A stretch of 64,000 nucleotides of DNA from Candidatus Poribacteria bacterium (GCA_965208325.1 OZ242326.1:736001-800000); one strand, 5' to 3'; counted from the first letter of the stretch, positions 29,557 through 40,585 are shown. A program made the numbers and translations. Notes: a model not told the origin generated them from the sequence alone.

Positions 29557-31671
29557 GTGAAGTATTCTACGCCTTATTCCATCCTCATTCTAACCGCCGT
29601 ATGGCTGTGTCTTACCAATTCTAGCACGTACGCACTGAAAGAGTTTGGCGATATTATAATTACACCGGAACTCACCCCTAGCGGCAGTAGTTTCCACGGA
29701 TATGCGGAATACAGAATTAATGTATCCAATCGCTCGCCTGACAAAGCGCATCTCGTAACATTGGCGTTGCCGAAGACCAATTACGGAATGTTTGGCAATC
29801 AAATCCGAAAAATCACCCGTTCAGTAATTGTCGGCCCCTCTGCTACTGCCCGGGTCGCCTTGTTTCAGCCTTCAGTAAGCCTAGATGGACACGGTCTAGA
29901 AGTCACCATAGACGGTAAAGTGCAAGATGACGCGGTTCCACTGTCTATCGGCAATCACGGCCGCCACGACAACGTTTTCATGCCTCACCACCCGGCGGGA
30001 ATGCCGCACACGATACGTAGCAGCAATCCTGAGATTCGAATTTTGATAAGCCGCAATGTGGACACGGCTGATTTGCATTCCCACGTTGGAAACCAACTCA
30101 ACACTTCGAGGTCAACAGGCGGTTTCTCACCATCTGGAGGTGTACCTCACCCATTTGCGCCGCCAAGATCGGGAACCGGCTATGAAACCATTGACCTCGG
30201 ATTCCCGGTTTCAGCGTGGAGCAGCAATTGGCTCGGTTATTCTCGATACGACAGCGTCATTGTCACAGGCGATGACGTGAAAATGATGCCGGCGGATGTT
30301 CAATCCGCGTTGTGGCGCTACGTGGAATGCGGCGGCGCTCTACTTGTATTGGGAGGACGGGAACTTCCCAATATTTGGGGGTTGAAGGCCGCCGCCGATA
30401 CCTCCGAATTTGTTAACTATTATGCCGGTTTCGGTCAGTGTATCGTGACGGCTGACGTGAATACATTTCACTTAACGCCGGAGCAGTGGTCTGAGATTGT
30501 GTCTTCGTGGTTGAAGACTGAAAATCCGCGGAGAACCAGCCGGACGGTTGAGGGTGCTAACGCGATGTTTCCGGTGGTGGAAGGTTTAGGGGTTCCTGTG
30601 CGCAGTATGTACCTATTGATGCTTCTTTTCGCCGTATTGATTGGACCGGTGAACCTCATAGTACTGTCGCGAAAAAAACGCGGCATCTGGATGCTTTGGA
30701 CAGTGCCGGCAATCTCGCTTATTACATGTCTCGCTGTCTTCGTGTACGCGACGTTCGCCGAAGGGTGGGAACGACACGCCCGAATCGAAGCACTGACACT
30801 ACTCAACGAAAAGACTCACCGCGCCACAACGATTGGTTGGACCGCGTTCTATTCAGCGCTCACGCCATCCGACGGTTTGCACTTCGGCTATGATACTGAG
30901 TTGACGCCCCAAATTGCCTCTACTCAGATGGCAGGAACGCCTCGCTCGGTCGACTGGACGCACGACCAACACCTAGAAAGTGGTTGGATGACTGCGCGAG
31001 TACCGGCGCATTTCATGCTGCGCAAGAGCGAAGTGAGGCGTGAGCGTGTCACGGTTAGACGGGGAACAGATAAACGCCTAAGCATTGTTAACGGTCTGGG
31101 CGCTGTCATAAAACAGTTCTGGTTGGCGGATTACGATGGTGAAATCTATTTTGGAAAGGACATTCCTGCGGGCGCGGAAGCGGAATTGAGTGCGCGTACG
31201 CAATTGCGTCTAGGCAACCCGGGTGGAGTTGATGGGACATTTCAATTTGAACTATGGGATTCATCCGTCAATATGGACCTGGATTCCGGGGAAATTTCCC
31301 CATTGCTAAGGGACGAGATGAAATGGCGAGGCGAGCCGCTCTCCGATGATGTTTCCATAGCCGTTTCAAAGCACGGTTATGAGTGGGTAATAACGGATCG
31401 CCTCTCGAATCGGACTTACACCATTAAGGCGGACACTATCGACGGCCCACTCCGAATTCATAGTAACGCAGCGCCTATTTTGCGGGGTATATTTGCCTCC
31501 GATGATTGGATTTACAACATCAATTTTCTCAAGGAAGCTCCGGTAAACTATCTCCGCCCCAACTGTTATATCGCAGAATTATCGTCTGCTCCATTTATTG
31601 AGGATGGTCTTCGAAACACGACAGAAAAAAGATATAGCTCGGTCGTTTATGGCATTTTGGATGTGCAATGA
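29557..31671 (+). CDS. Exported/membrane protein of the MoxR-ABC cluster
   Basis: Signal peptide, GATase-like segment (ALWRYVECGG), TM pair LIGPVNL...LWTVPAIS. Confidence 0.7.
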   Translation: MKYSTPYSILILTAVWLCLTNSSTYALKEFGDIIITPELTPSGSSFHGYAEYRINVSNRSPDKAHLVTLALPKTNYGMFGNQIRKITRSVIVGPSATARVALFQPSVSLDGHGLEVTIDGKVQDDAVPLSIGNHGRHDNVFMPHHPAGMPHTIRSSNPEIRILISRNVDTADLHSHVGNQLNTSRSTGGFSPSGGVPHPFAPPRSGTGYETIDLGFPVSAWSSNWLGYSRYDSVIVTGDDVKMMPADVQSALWRYVECGGALLVLGGRELPNIWGLKAAADTSEFVNYYAGFGQCIVTADVNTFHLTPEQWSEIVSSWLKTENPRRTSRTVEGANAMFPVVEGLGVPVRSMYLLMLLFAVLIGPVNLIVLSRKKRGIWMLWTVPAISLITCLAVFVYATFAEGWERHARIEALTLLNEKTHRATTIGWTAFYSALTPSDGLHFGYDTELTPQIASTQMAGTPRSVDWTHDQHLESGWMTARVPAHFMLRKSEVRRERVTVRRGTDKRLSIVNGLGAVIKQFWLADYDGEIYFGKDIPAGAEAELSARTQLRLGNPGGVDGTFQFELWDSSVNMDLDSGEISPLLRDEMKWRGEPLSDDVSIAVSKHGYEWVITDRLSNRTYTIKADTIDGPLRIHSNAAPILRGIFASDDWIYNINFLKEAPVNYLRPNCYIAELSSAPFIEDGLRNTTEKRYSSVVYGILDVQ

Positions 31672-31898
31672 GTATCGAATTACATTACAATTTGGGTGGG
31701 AATAAACTTAACTTTTGTTGGAGATTGTACGCAGCGCAACAAGAAACTTGTCTCGATCTATCACTTTGGGAAGAAAACTTAATAACGAACATTTTGACCT
31801 ACAAATCAAGACCGATTGGTTTTTGTGTGCCGCGTCCATGCCGCGTATAGTGCCATGAATAGCGGTGCAAACCGTTTTAAACCCAAGGGAGTTTTCCA

Positions 31899-32828
31899 AT
31901 GCAAATCAATGTCGATCACGTCAAGAAATATTTCGGCCGAACTCGCGCCGTTGACAATATTTCATTCTCGTTTTCATCGGGAGACGTTGTCGGATTTGTC
32001 GGTCCCAATGGCGCCGGCAAAACTACGATGATGAGAATCTTGGCGACACTTGATGAGCCGACAAGCGGTGACGCCACGATTGACGGTGTCTCAATTGTCG
32101 AAGCCCCGGAAAATGCCCGTCGGCTGATTGGGTATGTGCCGGACGCCCTTCCGGCGCACCGGGATATCTCGGTACACGACTATTTAGACTTTTTCGCCCG
32201 CGCTTACGGACTAGACGGCGTCAAGCGTAAACAAGTGGTCGAAAGTATAGAAGGTTTTACTAACCTTACCGGTATTCGAGAAAAAACTCTTTATGCACTA
32301 TCAAAGGGTATGAAACAGCGGGTTAGTCTTGCACGCGCGCTCGTACACGACCCGCCGGTATTGGTGATGGATGAACCAGCCGCCGGGCTCGATCCGCGGG
32401 CACGGGTCGAACTGAGAGAACTCTTGAGGATTCTTTCCGGTGATGGAAAAGCCATCCTAATTAGCTCACACATCCTAACTGAACTCTCGGAAATCTGCGG
32501 CGGCGCCGTCATAATTGAACAGGGCAAGATTGTCGCATCTGGAAACCTGCAAGAAATCGCTGGCCAGGGTACAGAGCAGTGCACGGTTGTGATTCGGTCT
32601 CTCAACCGGCAAGACGAAATGTATAAGGCGATGCTCATAATGCCGAACGTGGCGGCGGTAAATCAGTTGGGCGGCGAGATAGAGGTGAAAGTCTCCGGAT
32701 CGGAAGACACCTGCAGCGAACTGCTCGAAATCCTGATAAGGAGTGGATATCGAATCATTGAGTTCAAACAACGTGGCAGCGATTTGGAATCGGTGTTCAT
32801 GAGCGTAACAACAGGGGTAGTGCAATGA
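31899..32828 (+). CDS. ABC transporter ATP-binding protein
   Basis: GPNGAGKTT, LSKGMKQR, DEPAAGLDP, SSH. Confidence 0.95.
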   Translation: MQINVDHVKKYFGRTRAVDNISFSFSSGDVVGFVGPNGAGKTTMMRILATLDEPTSGDATIDGVSIVEAPENARRLIGYVPDALPAHRDISVHDYLDFFARAYGLDGVKRKQVVESIEGFTNLTGIREKTLYALSKGMKQRVSLARALVHDPPVLVMDEPAAGLDPRARVELRELLRILSGDGKAILISSHILTELSEICGGAVIIEQGKIVASGNLQEIAGQGTEQCTVVIRSLNRQDEMYKAMLIMPNVAAVNQLGGEIEVKVSGSEDTCSELLEILIRSGYRIIEFKQRGSDLESVFMSVTTGVVQ

Positions 32829-34342
32829 ACTACGTTACGGTTCTTCTTGAAAAATTTACCGACTCGCTTAATCCCATCGTAGTCAAAGAATTGCGGCAAG
32901 CGGTGCAAGGCAGACTCTTTAGCGTGATATTGATGGTTTTTCTCGGATTGCTGCTGCTTACTATGGGATTATTCTTATCAAGTGAAACCATGGAATCGTC
33001 TTTCAATGCGGGACGTAACCTTTTTGGAGTATTGATCAGTATTTTACTAGGCACATGCTTACTGTTCGTACCGGCATATACGGGCATCCGGTTGGGAGCC
33101 GAACGGTCAGACGCTAATGTCGACTTGCTGTTCATAACGACGCTGCTGCCGCGTTCCATAATATGGGGCAAATTCCTCGCCGCCCTTGTGCTTACCGTCT
33201 TGCTTTACAGCGCGTGCCTGCCGTTTATGACCTTTACTTATCTGTTGCGGGGCGTTGACCTGCCGTCCATATTTGTCCTCATGGCGTTCACTTTTATTAT
33301 AGCGGGGGTTGCCATCCAGTGCGCCATCTTTCTCGGTTGCATTCCTGCCAATCGGTTCTTCAGAGTAATACTCGGCGTTGGGTGGCTTGTCGCTGTTGCT
33401 TCCAGCATTCCGACATTGAGTAACATGATGTATGCTCCTGGTGGACTCCTTAACTCCGGCATAGGCGGCCTCATAGGAACATGGCGATTCTGGCGTATCG
33501 CACTGAGCGTGTTGGCTGGCGGGATGGCACTGATAAGTCTACTTGGTCTATTGTCAATCGCACTAATTAGCCCGCTGTCGAGTAATCGAGCACTGCCGGT
33601 GCGGCTTTTTGTCACCGGAGTTTGGTTCTTAACCGGCATAGGCACCGTGATTTGGAGCATTGCATCACATAACCTCACTCCAGTCGGAGTGTGGGCAGCC
33701 GCGCACGTTCTTCTACATTCCATCGGTCTATTAATTGCAGTGAGCGAGAGAGAGCATTTAGGGCTGCGCATTCGCCACAGCATTCCGCGTAGACGTTGGC
33801 GCCGTCCGCTCGCATTTCTCTTATTCAGCGGTGCAGCCGGTGGCGTATTGTGGTCATCGCTAATGATTGTTCTCACTCTAATAACTATTGTCGTATTAGT
33901 AGAGCGTTACCCGCTTATGTGGACCGGACAGTTTTATAACGATTTTCTGACAATAAATATCGTCATGCCACTTCACGCGCTCGCCTATGCTCTAGGTGCC
34001 TCAATCATACGAAGACGCTTCTTCGGGAATCGCATCGCTGGAGGTTACACGTGCGTGATAGCCATCATATTGTTGGGCGTTACGACCATGATTGTACCGC
34101 TCATTCTGTTTTTCATAACCGGAACTTGGCAAAAAGACTGGTTGATTGGCAGTCCTATTGGTCCCATCCTCGCCGTCCCGGACGGTGAGTATCACCTTGC
34201 CTACAGCAGTTTGGGAATAGCGGCCGTTGGTGCATTGCTAGTCTGTGCCTTAAGTATTCCGTGGTTTTTCAGGCAAATTCGTGATTTTCATCCGCCAAAT
34301 AAAAACACCGCGCCTCAATTCCGGACGAATGAGTCTAGTTAA
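32825..34342 (+). CDS. ABC-2 type permease
   Basis: NPIVVKELRQ, ERS...DLLFITTL.P..I..GKF, many TM helices; ATGA overlap with the ATPase gene. Confidence 0.85.
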   Translation: MNYVTVLLEKFTDSLNPIVVKELRQAVQGRLFSVILMVFLGLLLLTMGLFLSSETMESSFNAGRNLFGVLISILLGTCLLFVPAYTGIRLGAERSDANVDLLFITTLLPRSIIWGKFLAALVLTVLLYSACLPFMTFTYLLRGVDLPSIFVLMAFTFIIAGVAIQCAIFLGCIPANRFFRVILGVGWLVAVASSIPTLSNMMYAPGGLLNSGIGGLIGTWRFWRIALSVLAGGMALISLLGLLSIALISPLSSNRALPVRLFVTGVWFLTGIGTVIWSIASHNLTPVGVWAAAHVLLHSIGLLIAVSEREHLGLRIRHSIPRRRWRRPLAFLLFSGAAGGVLWSSLMIVLTLITIVVLVERYPLMWTGQFYNDFLTINIVMPLHALAYALGASIIRRRFFGNRIAGGYTCVIAIILLGVTTMIVPLILFFITGTWQKDWLIGSPIGPILAVPDGEYHLAYSSLGIAAVGALLVCALSIPWFFRQIRDFHPPNKNTAPQFRTNESS

Positions 34343-34595
34343 CTCTATATCTCAATTCTCGCTTGGCGGCGCAATAATCGCGGCGTAATTTCCCCGCCGG
34401 TAATTTGCGTAGATTCAACCTAGTTCAGTTTACACCAGCACTGTACATTACACGCCCAATAATCATCTACGCGCTTGTAAACCGCCTGAGATACTATTTT
34501 GCGCAAAAAGCGGAATTGAGACTGAATCTTGGCGGAAGTAGCCGATGGCCTTAATTATCTCTGCACTAACTCTCTAAAACTCTGGAGGAAACACT

Positions 34596-35843
34596 GTGAA
34601 AAATGTCATCAACATCTCACTGATTTTGAGTTTGCTTTTCGTTTTCCTGGTGCTCGAAATTGAGGCAGAACCTTCATCTACCGTCGCAATACTCGGTGCA
34701 TTCGATGAAGAAATCAGACTCCTTGAGGGTCAGCTTGCAAATTCAACGATTCACATAATCGAGAAACTGCAATTCATGACAGGTTTACTCAACGAACAAA
34801 ATGTGGTAATCGCTACCACTGGCATCGGCAAGGTCAATGCAGCAATGACGGCGACTCTTGCCATCGAGCATTTTCGCCCAAATCAAGTTATCTTTACAGG
34901 GGTAGCTGGCGGACTCAACCCGGATTTGAATTTAGGAGATATTGTTATTGCGGAGCGGACAGCCCAACACGATTTGGGTAAATTGGCGTCCGTAGAAATC
35001 GAAAATTTCGGCGTGCGGAACCCGATTACCGGGAAACGAAATCCTGTTTTCTTTCCAGCCGATCCGCGGCTTTTGCAAACCGCTCAGACCGCTCAACAAC
35101 GGGTTGAACTGAGTCCATTAGACACGCCCGACGGCAAGCGTCAACCGCGAATCGTCACGGGCACCGTCGTGACCGGCGATATTTTTGTCGCATTTGATGG
35201 CAAAAGGGCAGCCTTGCATGAAAATCTCGGCGGGGACGCTGTAGAGATGGAGGGCGCATCGGTCGCGCAGATTTGCTGGCAGCAAAATATACCTTGCTTG
35301 GTCATACGCAGCCTCAGCGATTACGCGGGTTCGGACGCTACTGACGACTTCAAGAAATACTACAAAATCGCTGCTCGCAACTCGGCGGCGTTAGTAACCC
35401 AGATTGTCGACGAACTCCATTCCTCCGAATCGCTTCCGTGGGAATCTGAACAAAATGAATTACTTTCCGCCAATGAAAAGAAATTTCAAGAGATGCTTTC
35501 GAACGTAATTTTGGTTGGCAACTTCACAGTCGCTGGAGGTGAAGATCGACATGCACTCCATGAAGAAAAATACACTATCGAAAGAGTCTCAAAATTGGGT
35601 GGCGACCGCTGGTTGTTCGTTGCAAGAGTCCAATACGCCGGGAGAGACGTAACCGTACCGCTGCCGCTCGAAGTCAAATGGGCGGATGATACACCCATTA
35701 TCACACTCACCGATATGGAATTGCCGCAGCTAGGAACCTACACGGCAAGAGTCTTGATGTATCGCGGCAAATACGCCGGCACCTGGAGCAGCAAAATGCA
35801 CGGCGGGCACCTGTTCGGGAAAATTATCAAAAATACGGAATAA
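34596..35843 (+). CDS. mtnN: Secreted MTA/SAH nucleosidase with an extra C-terminal domain
   Basis: ILGAFDEE, GIGKVNAA, FTGVAGG, AVEMEGA, IRSLSD; signal peptide; about 130-aa C-terminal extension. Confidence 0.85.
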   Translation: MKNVINISLILSLLFVFLVLEIEAEPSSTVAILGAFDEEIRLLEGQLANSTIHIIEKLQFMTGLLNEQNVVIATTGIGKVNAAMTATLAIEHFRPNQVIFTGVAGGLNPDLNLGDIVIAERTAQHDLGKLASVEIENFGVRNPITGKRNPVFFPADPRLLQTAQTAQQRVELSPLDTPDGKRQPRIVTGTVVTGDIFVAFDGKRAALHENLGGDAVEMEGASVAQICWQQNIPCLVIRSLSDYAGSDATDDFKKYYKIAARNSAALVTQIVDELHSSESLPWESEQNELLSANEKKFQEMLSNVILVGNFTVAGGEDRHALHEEKYTIERVSKLGGDRWLFVARVQYAGRDVTVPLPLEVKWADDTPIITLTDMELPQLGTYTARVLMYRGKYAGTWSSKMHGGHLFGKIIKNTE

Positions 35844-36038
35844 CACAGGACGATTCCTCCGTACAATAACCGGCCGCCTCATATTTCCGGCTTTATCGCT
35901 TGTCCGCAAACATATGATAGCGTTTGAAAGTCCTAACAAGTTTTTACTGAAGACTCACCTCAAATATCAATTTGAACAGGGACACTCCCAGATTAGTTCC
36001 CCACGTCTCTCAAATTTAGCAAGGAAACCCATCGTCCT

Positions 36039-36908
36039 ATGAAGTCAATAAATACCGATTTCTACTTAGGGGATTGCTTAGATATACTCTCCGGTTTTGA
36101 CGCAAATTCATTCGATCTGATCTTAACTTCTCCTCCTTATGCTGACCGCCGATCTAAGACATATGGCGGCGTCAAACCCGATGAATATGTGGATTGGTTT
36201 CTACCACGAGCCGATGCCTTTTTTCAAGTCCTTAAATCGTCGGGTACTTTTATCTTGAACATCAAAGAAAAAGCCGTTAATGGAGAACGTCATACGTACG
36301 TCATCGAGTTGATACTAGCGATGAAAAAGCAGGGCTGGATTTGGACTGAGGAGTTTGTTTGGCATAAGAAAAACTGTTATCCCGGCAAATGGCCAAACCG
36401 GTTTAGGGACGCTTGGGAGAGATGTTTGCAGTTCAATAAATCCAAGAAGTTTAACATGTATCAAGACGCTGTCATGGTGCCGATGGGGGATTGGACGGAA
36501 AAGCGCTTGAAACATCTCAGTGAAACTGACCAGAGTCGCGATACATCGAGAGTCGGCAGCGGTTTCGGCAAAAACGTCTCAAATTGGGTAAATCGAAAAA
36601 TGGCATACCCCACGAATGTTTTGCACTTGGCGACAGAAACAGGAAATCGTAAACACAGCGCAGTATTTCCCAAGACGTTGCCTGAATGGTTTATCAAACT
36701 GTTTACAAAAGAAGGTGATTGGGTGCTAGATCCGTTCGCCGGCGCAGGTACAACGTGTCAGGTTGCTCAGGAACAGTTCAGGAATTCCACCGGCATTGAA
36801 ATCTTGCCTGAATATTATCATTTGGCAAGGGATAATATCAAGCCAACGCAGTATCTGCTATTTGAGGAGACTCAATATGAAACCCATTACACAACAGGAG
36901 ATAACTGA
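36039..36908 (+). CDS. Beta-class DNA amino-methyltransferase (SPPY type, likely N4-cytosine)
   Basis: Motif IV TSPPY precedes motif I DPFAGAGTT; H.A.FP motif. Confidence 0.9.
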   Translation: MKSINTDFYLGDCLDILSGFDANSFDLILTSPPYADRRSKTYGGVKPDEYVDWFLPRADAFFQVLKSSGTFILNIKEKAVNGERHTYVIELILAMKKQGWIWTEEFVWHKKNCYPGKWPNRFRDAWERCLQFNKSKKFNMYQDAVMVPMGDWTEKRLKHLSETDQSRDTSRVGSGFGKNVSNWVNRKMAYPTNVLHLATETGNRKHSAVFPKTLPEWFIKLFTKEGDWVLDPFAGAGTTCQVAQEQFRNSTGIEILPEYYHLARDNIKPTQYLLFEETQYETHYTTGDN

Positions 36909-37620
36909 TTATGTTGAGGCGAACATTAAATCGTTTCACCAAAAACGGTTAGATAAACTCCAAGCGTTGAGACTAATGGATGTCATAAAACGAAAAAATC
37001 CATATCTATTCAAAGCGAAAAACATCAACACGGCACAAGACTTTGTAAAGACCATCCTAGATGCTTTTCTGTCCTCGCAAGAAGAAGGTATTTTTGGTGG
37101 GTTTCTGGAGGAACTTGCGATTTTCATCTGTTCAGAGGTTTATGGCGGCCAGAAATCTTCAGCAGAAGGGATTGATCTAGAATTTGAAAAAGACAGTTTA
37201 AGATTCGTTGTATCAATCAAATCCGGACCAAATTGGGGAAATAGTAGCCAGATTGCAAAACTTCGGGACAACTTCAGGAAAACTAAACAAATCCTCAGCT
37301 CGAATACATCATCGGCAAATGTCGTCGCTGTTAATGGATGCTGCTATGGACAGGATCGAAAGCCAAACAAGGGCGACTATTTTAAGCTGTGTGGACAAGA
37401 GTTTTGGGCATTTATTTCCGGAGATGACAACTTGTACATAGACATAATTGAGCCTTTAGGGCATCAAGCGAAAGAAAAAAATGAGCAGTTTTTGAATGAA
37501 TACGTGAAGGTCCTCAATAGATTTACGTTAGAGTTCCTCACCAAATTCTGCACCCCTGACGGAAATGTCTGTTGGGAAGATATTGTCAAATTTAACTCGG
37601 CAAAACCCGCAGTATCATAA
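36877..37620 (+). CDS. Type II restriction endonuclease (PmeII-like)
   Basis: KRKNPYLFK, G.FLEELAIF, GIDLEF...SIKSGPNWGNSSQ; GAGGAG RBS before ATG 36877; overlaps the MTase end. Confidence 0.8.
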   Translation: MKPITQQEITDYVEANIKSFHQKRLDKLQALRLMDVIKRKNPYLFKAKNINTAQDFVKTILDAFLSSQEEGIFGGFLEELAIFICSEVYGGQKSSAEGIDLEFEKDSLRFVVSIKSGPNWGNSSQIAKLRDNFRKTKQILSSNTSSANVVAVNGCCYGQDRKPNKGDYFKLCGQEFWAFISGDDNLYIDIIEPLGHQAKEKNEQFLNEYVKVLNRFTLEFLTKFCTPDGNVCWEDIVKFNSAKPAVS

Positions 37621-37717
37621 TGGGTATAGTGATACCTTCCTGATTGCCGGAATCGTTATCATGTGATTCCGCCAAGCGACGACACCATCTGCAAAATTCA
37701 CTCAATCTTCGCTGCTC

Positions 37718-40504
37718 ATGCTGACACTACTCCAACCAATCTGGTTATTATTAATAATTCCGCTTGGCATATCGCTGTGGGTCTGGAAACCGAGTTCGAG
37801 GTTACTCTGGATTTTCCGAGTCGTAATATTAAGTCTTGTCCTGTTAGCGATGTGCGGGCTTGCCGTGGAATTGCCGAGACGTGCCGGCACCATTGTCGTT
37901 ATCGCGGACCGTAGCTTGTCGATGCCGCCCGGCAGCGAAGCTAGGCAGAAAGAGGCTATTGATTTAATACAGAGCGAGATGCCGAGCGATTCCCGCCTTG
38001 GCGTCGTCTCCTTTGGACGAGTGTCCGCGGTCGAACAGTCACCACAAAGTGGAAAGTTCGCGGGTTTTGTCAACGAAGTGAACGGCGATGCGTCGGATCT
38101 AAACGCCGCAGTTGCGCAAGCGATAGCACTCATACCGCGAGATTCGCCCGGCAGAGTGATTCTTCTGTCGGACGGCAGATGGACTGGTAACGACCCGATG
38201 GGCACAGCTGCCCACGCCGCAGCGCGAGGTATCCCCATTGATTACCGCGCCATGCGCCGGGACTCCGTAAACGATGTTGCCATCTCCCATGTAGATGCCC
38301 CCGATGTTGCAACACCCGGTGAATCGTTTATGATTGCCGCATGGATACACGCGCCGATTTCAGGAGAAATTTCATACGAGTTGTTGCGTAATAATCAACG
38401 CCTAACGGCTGGCAAGCGGAGCGTTCCGTCCGGGCTGAGCCGTCTGATTTTCCGGGACAAAGCCGCGCAGCCGGGTACTCATCAATACGCTGTGCGAATT
38501 GGGGGAAGCGAATCCGACCCGGTGCCAGAGAACAATACGGCAAAGGTCTTGGTCGGCATTCAAGGGTCTCGCCCCATTCTTCATATCACATCCACTTCCA
38601 ATTCTGGGCTGTCGAATCTGCTGAAAGCGGGCGGTTTGGACGTAGAAACCGCTCCGCCGTCCGCATACATTTGGTCGATTGATGAACTATCAGGATTTTC
38701 GGCAGTGTTGATAGAGAATGTGTTGGCAGGTGAAATTGGCTTCCACGGCATGGATAATCTAGCCGCTTGGGTCAGAGAGACTGGGTCGGGGTTCATGATG
38801 ACCGGCGGTAAACACGCCTATGGACCGGGCGGCTATTTCAAATCTCCGCTCGAGCCAATTATGCCGCTCTCCATGGAGTTGAGACGCGAACATCGGAAGC
38901 TGTCGCTCGCGATAGTGGTGGCGATGGACCGGTCGGGCAGCATGTCAATGCCGGTAGGCGGCGGTAGGACGAAAATAGATCTCGCAAATCTCGCGACAGC
39001 GGAAGTTTTTGACATGTTGTCACCGACGGATGAGTTTGGCGTAATTGCGGTTGACAGCGCCCCGCACATTATTGCCAACCTTGCTCCTGTTGACAAACTC
39101 GGCGGAACCCGGAGCAGAATCCTTCGGATTGCCTCGCAGGGCGGCGGAATCTTCGTCTACGAAGCGCTTAGCGCCGCCTCTTCAATGTTACTCCGCGCTC
39201 AAGCCGGCACGCGGCACATCATTCTGTTTGCGGACGCCGCCGATTCCGAGCAACCCGGACGCTATATAAAGTTGCTGGATGAATGTCGAAAGGCTAACAT
39301 TACTGTCAGCGTCGTAGGACTCGGAACACCGTCCGATGTCGACGCTAAACTGCTGCGTGACATCGCCCGGCGCGGCGAGGGGCGTTGTTTTTTCACCGAA
39401 GATGCCCAAGAGTTGCCGCGTCTGTTCGCTCAGGACACGTTTGTAGTGGCGCGCGGCACGTTTGTTGACGAACCTACGCCGATTAAAACCACAGGCGGGA
39501 TGGCCGCGTTGACCGGCACTCAATATCAGATTCCGTCTTCAATCGGCGGGTACAACTTATGTTACATTCGTCCCGATGCAAACCTCGCTGCCGTGACCTT
39601 GGACGAATACAACGCGCCTGTGGTAGCGGCGTGGCAGGCAGGTACTGGACGCGTGCTCTGCTATACAGGAGAAGCGGACGGGGCACACACCGGCGCAATT
39701 GCCAATTGGAATGGTATTGGAAACCTGTTCACGAGCTTAGCACGCTGGACTGCTGGAGATTCTGCCAACCTCCCCGATGGGATGTTGCTCACACAAAAGG
39801 TCAGGAACGGCGTCGGCAAAATACAACTTCATCTCGACCCGGAACGAGAGGGTGAAATGTTCAGGGCTCTACCCAGCGTGACGATACTGCGCGGCGTAGT
39901 TGGGGAAGCGCCGACCGTGAGCAAAACCAAGTTGTCATGGACATCCGCCGACTCGCTCACTGCTGATGTGCCCATACACGGCGGTGAAACAGCGCTAGCA
40001 TCCGTGGAGGTACCGGGGGCTGGAACTGTATCGCTGCCGCCGATCTGCCTGCCGTATTCACCGGAGTTTAAGCCCGCGCCGGACGAATCCGGGCTAGCGA
40101 CAATGGAACGGCTTTCCAAAACGTCCGGGGGAAAATCGAGAGTCAGCCTCGGTGGCATTTGGGACGATTTGCCGCGCAATCCCCGTCTAATAGGTCTCGC
40201 ACCGTGGTTACTAATCGCGGCGCTCATCCTTCTGCTGCTCGAAACACTCGAACGCCGTACAGGGTTGTTTTCCATGAAACGGGCGTACAGAGTTGCAGCA
40301 GCAGTTACGCAACGAATACCCCGGAAGGCGCGCCGCACATCTCGGACGCTTTCATCGTCCGTAAAAACATCGCCGCCCACGGAGCCCGAGCACGCTGAAT
40401 CGCCGCACACTTCTCCAGAACCGGAGGCTAGCGTGGAGCGGGGTGGAATGCTAGACGCCTTAACCCAAGCGCGAAGGCGTGCCAGCGGACGGACAGGGCG
40501 TTGA
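37718..40504 (+). CDS. Membrane protein with two VWA domains and a GATase-like region
   Basis: MIDAS motifs DRSLS and DRSGS, LLSDG, N- and C-terminal TM helices. Confidence 0.88.
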   Translation: MLTLLQPIWLLLIIPLGISLWVWKPSSRLLWIFRVVILSLVLLAMCGLAVELPRRAGTIVVIADRSLSMPPGSEARQKEAIDLIQSEMPSDSRLGVVSFGRVSAVEQSPQSGKFAGFVNEVNGDASDLNAAVAQAIALIPRDSPGRVILLSDGRWTGNDPMGTAAHAAARGIPIDYRAMRRDSVNDVAISHVDAPDVATPGESFMIAAWIHAPISGEISYELLRNNQRLTAGKRSVPSGLSRLIFRDKAAQPGTHQYAVRIGGSESDPVPENNTAKVLVGIQGSRPILHITSTSNSGLSNLLKAGGLDVETAPPSAYIWSIDELSGFSAVLIENVLAGEIGFHGMDNLAAWVRETGSGFMMTGGKHAYGPGGYFKSPLEPIMPLSMELRREHRKLSLAIVVAMDRSGSMSMPVGGGRTKIDLANLATAEVFDMLSPTDEFGVIAVDSAPHIIANLAPVDKLGGTRSRILRIASQGGGIFVYEALSAASSMLLRAQAGTRHIILFADAADSEQPGRYIKLLDECRKANITVSVVGLGTPSDVDAKLLRDIARRGEGRCFFTEDAQELPRLFAQDTFVVARGTFVDEPTPIKTTGGMAALTGTQYQIPSSIGGYNLCYIRPDANLAAVTLDEYNAPVVAAWQAGTGRVLCYTGEADGAHTGAIANWNGIGNLFTSLARWTAGDSANLPDGMLLTQKVRNGVGKIQLHLDPEREGEMFRALPSVTILRGVVGEAPTVSKTKLSWTSADSLTADVPIHGGETALASVEVPGAGTVSLPPICLPYSPEFKPAPDESGLATMERLSKTSGGKSRVSLGGIWDDLPRNPRLIGLAPWLLIAALILLLLETLERRTGLFSMKRAYRVAAAVTQRIPRKARRTSRTLSSSVKTSPPTEPEHAESPHTSPEPEASVERGGMLDALTQARRRASGRTGR

Positions 40505-40531
40505 CGCTGAACTTAGAACAGTTCCAATTCC

Positions 40532-40560
40532 TTGAATTTCTGATGTAGATGTGCTAGAAT
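40532..40560 (+). promoter_or_regulatory. Sigma-70 promoter of the candidate selenoprotein gene
   Basis: TTGAAT-17nt-TAGAAT with a TGc extended -10; GGAG RBS at 40574-40577. Confidence 0.6.
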
Positions 40561-40585
40561 TAACATCCATAACGGAGAAGCCATT

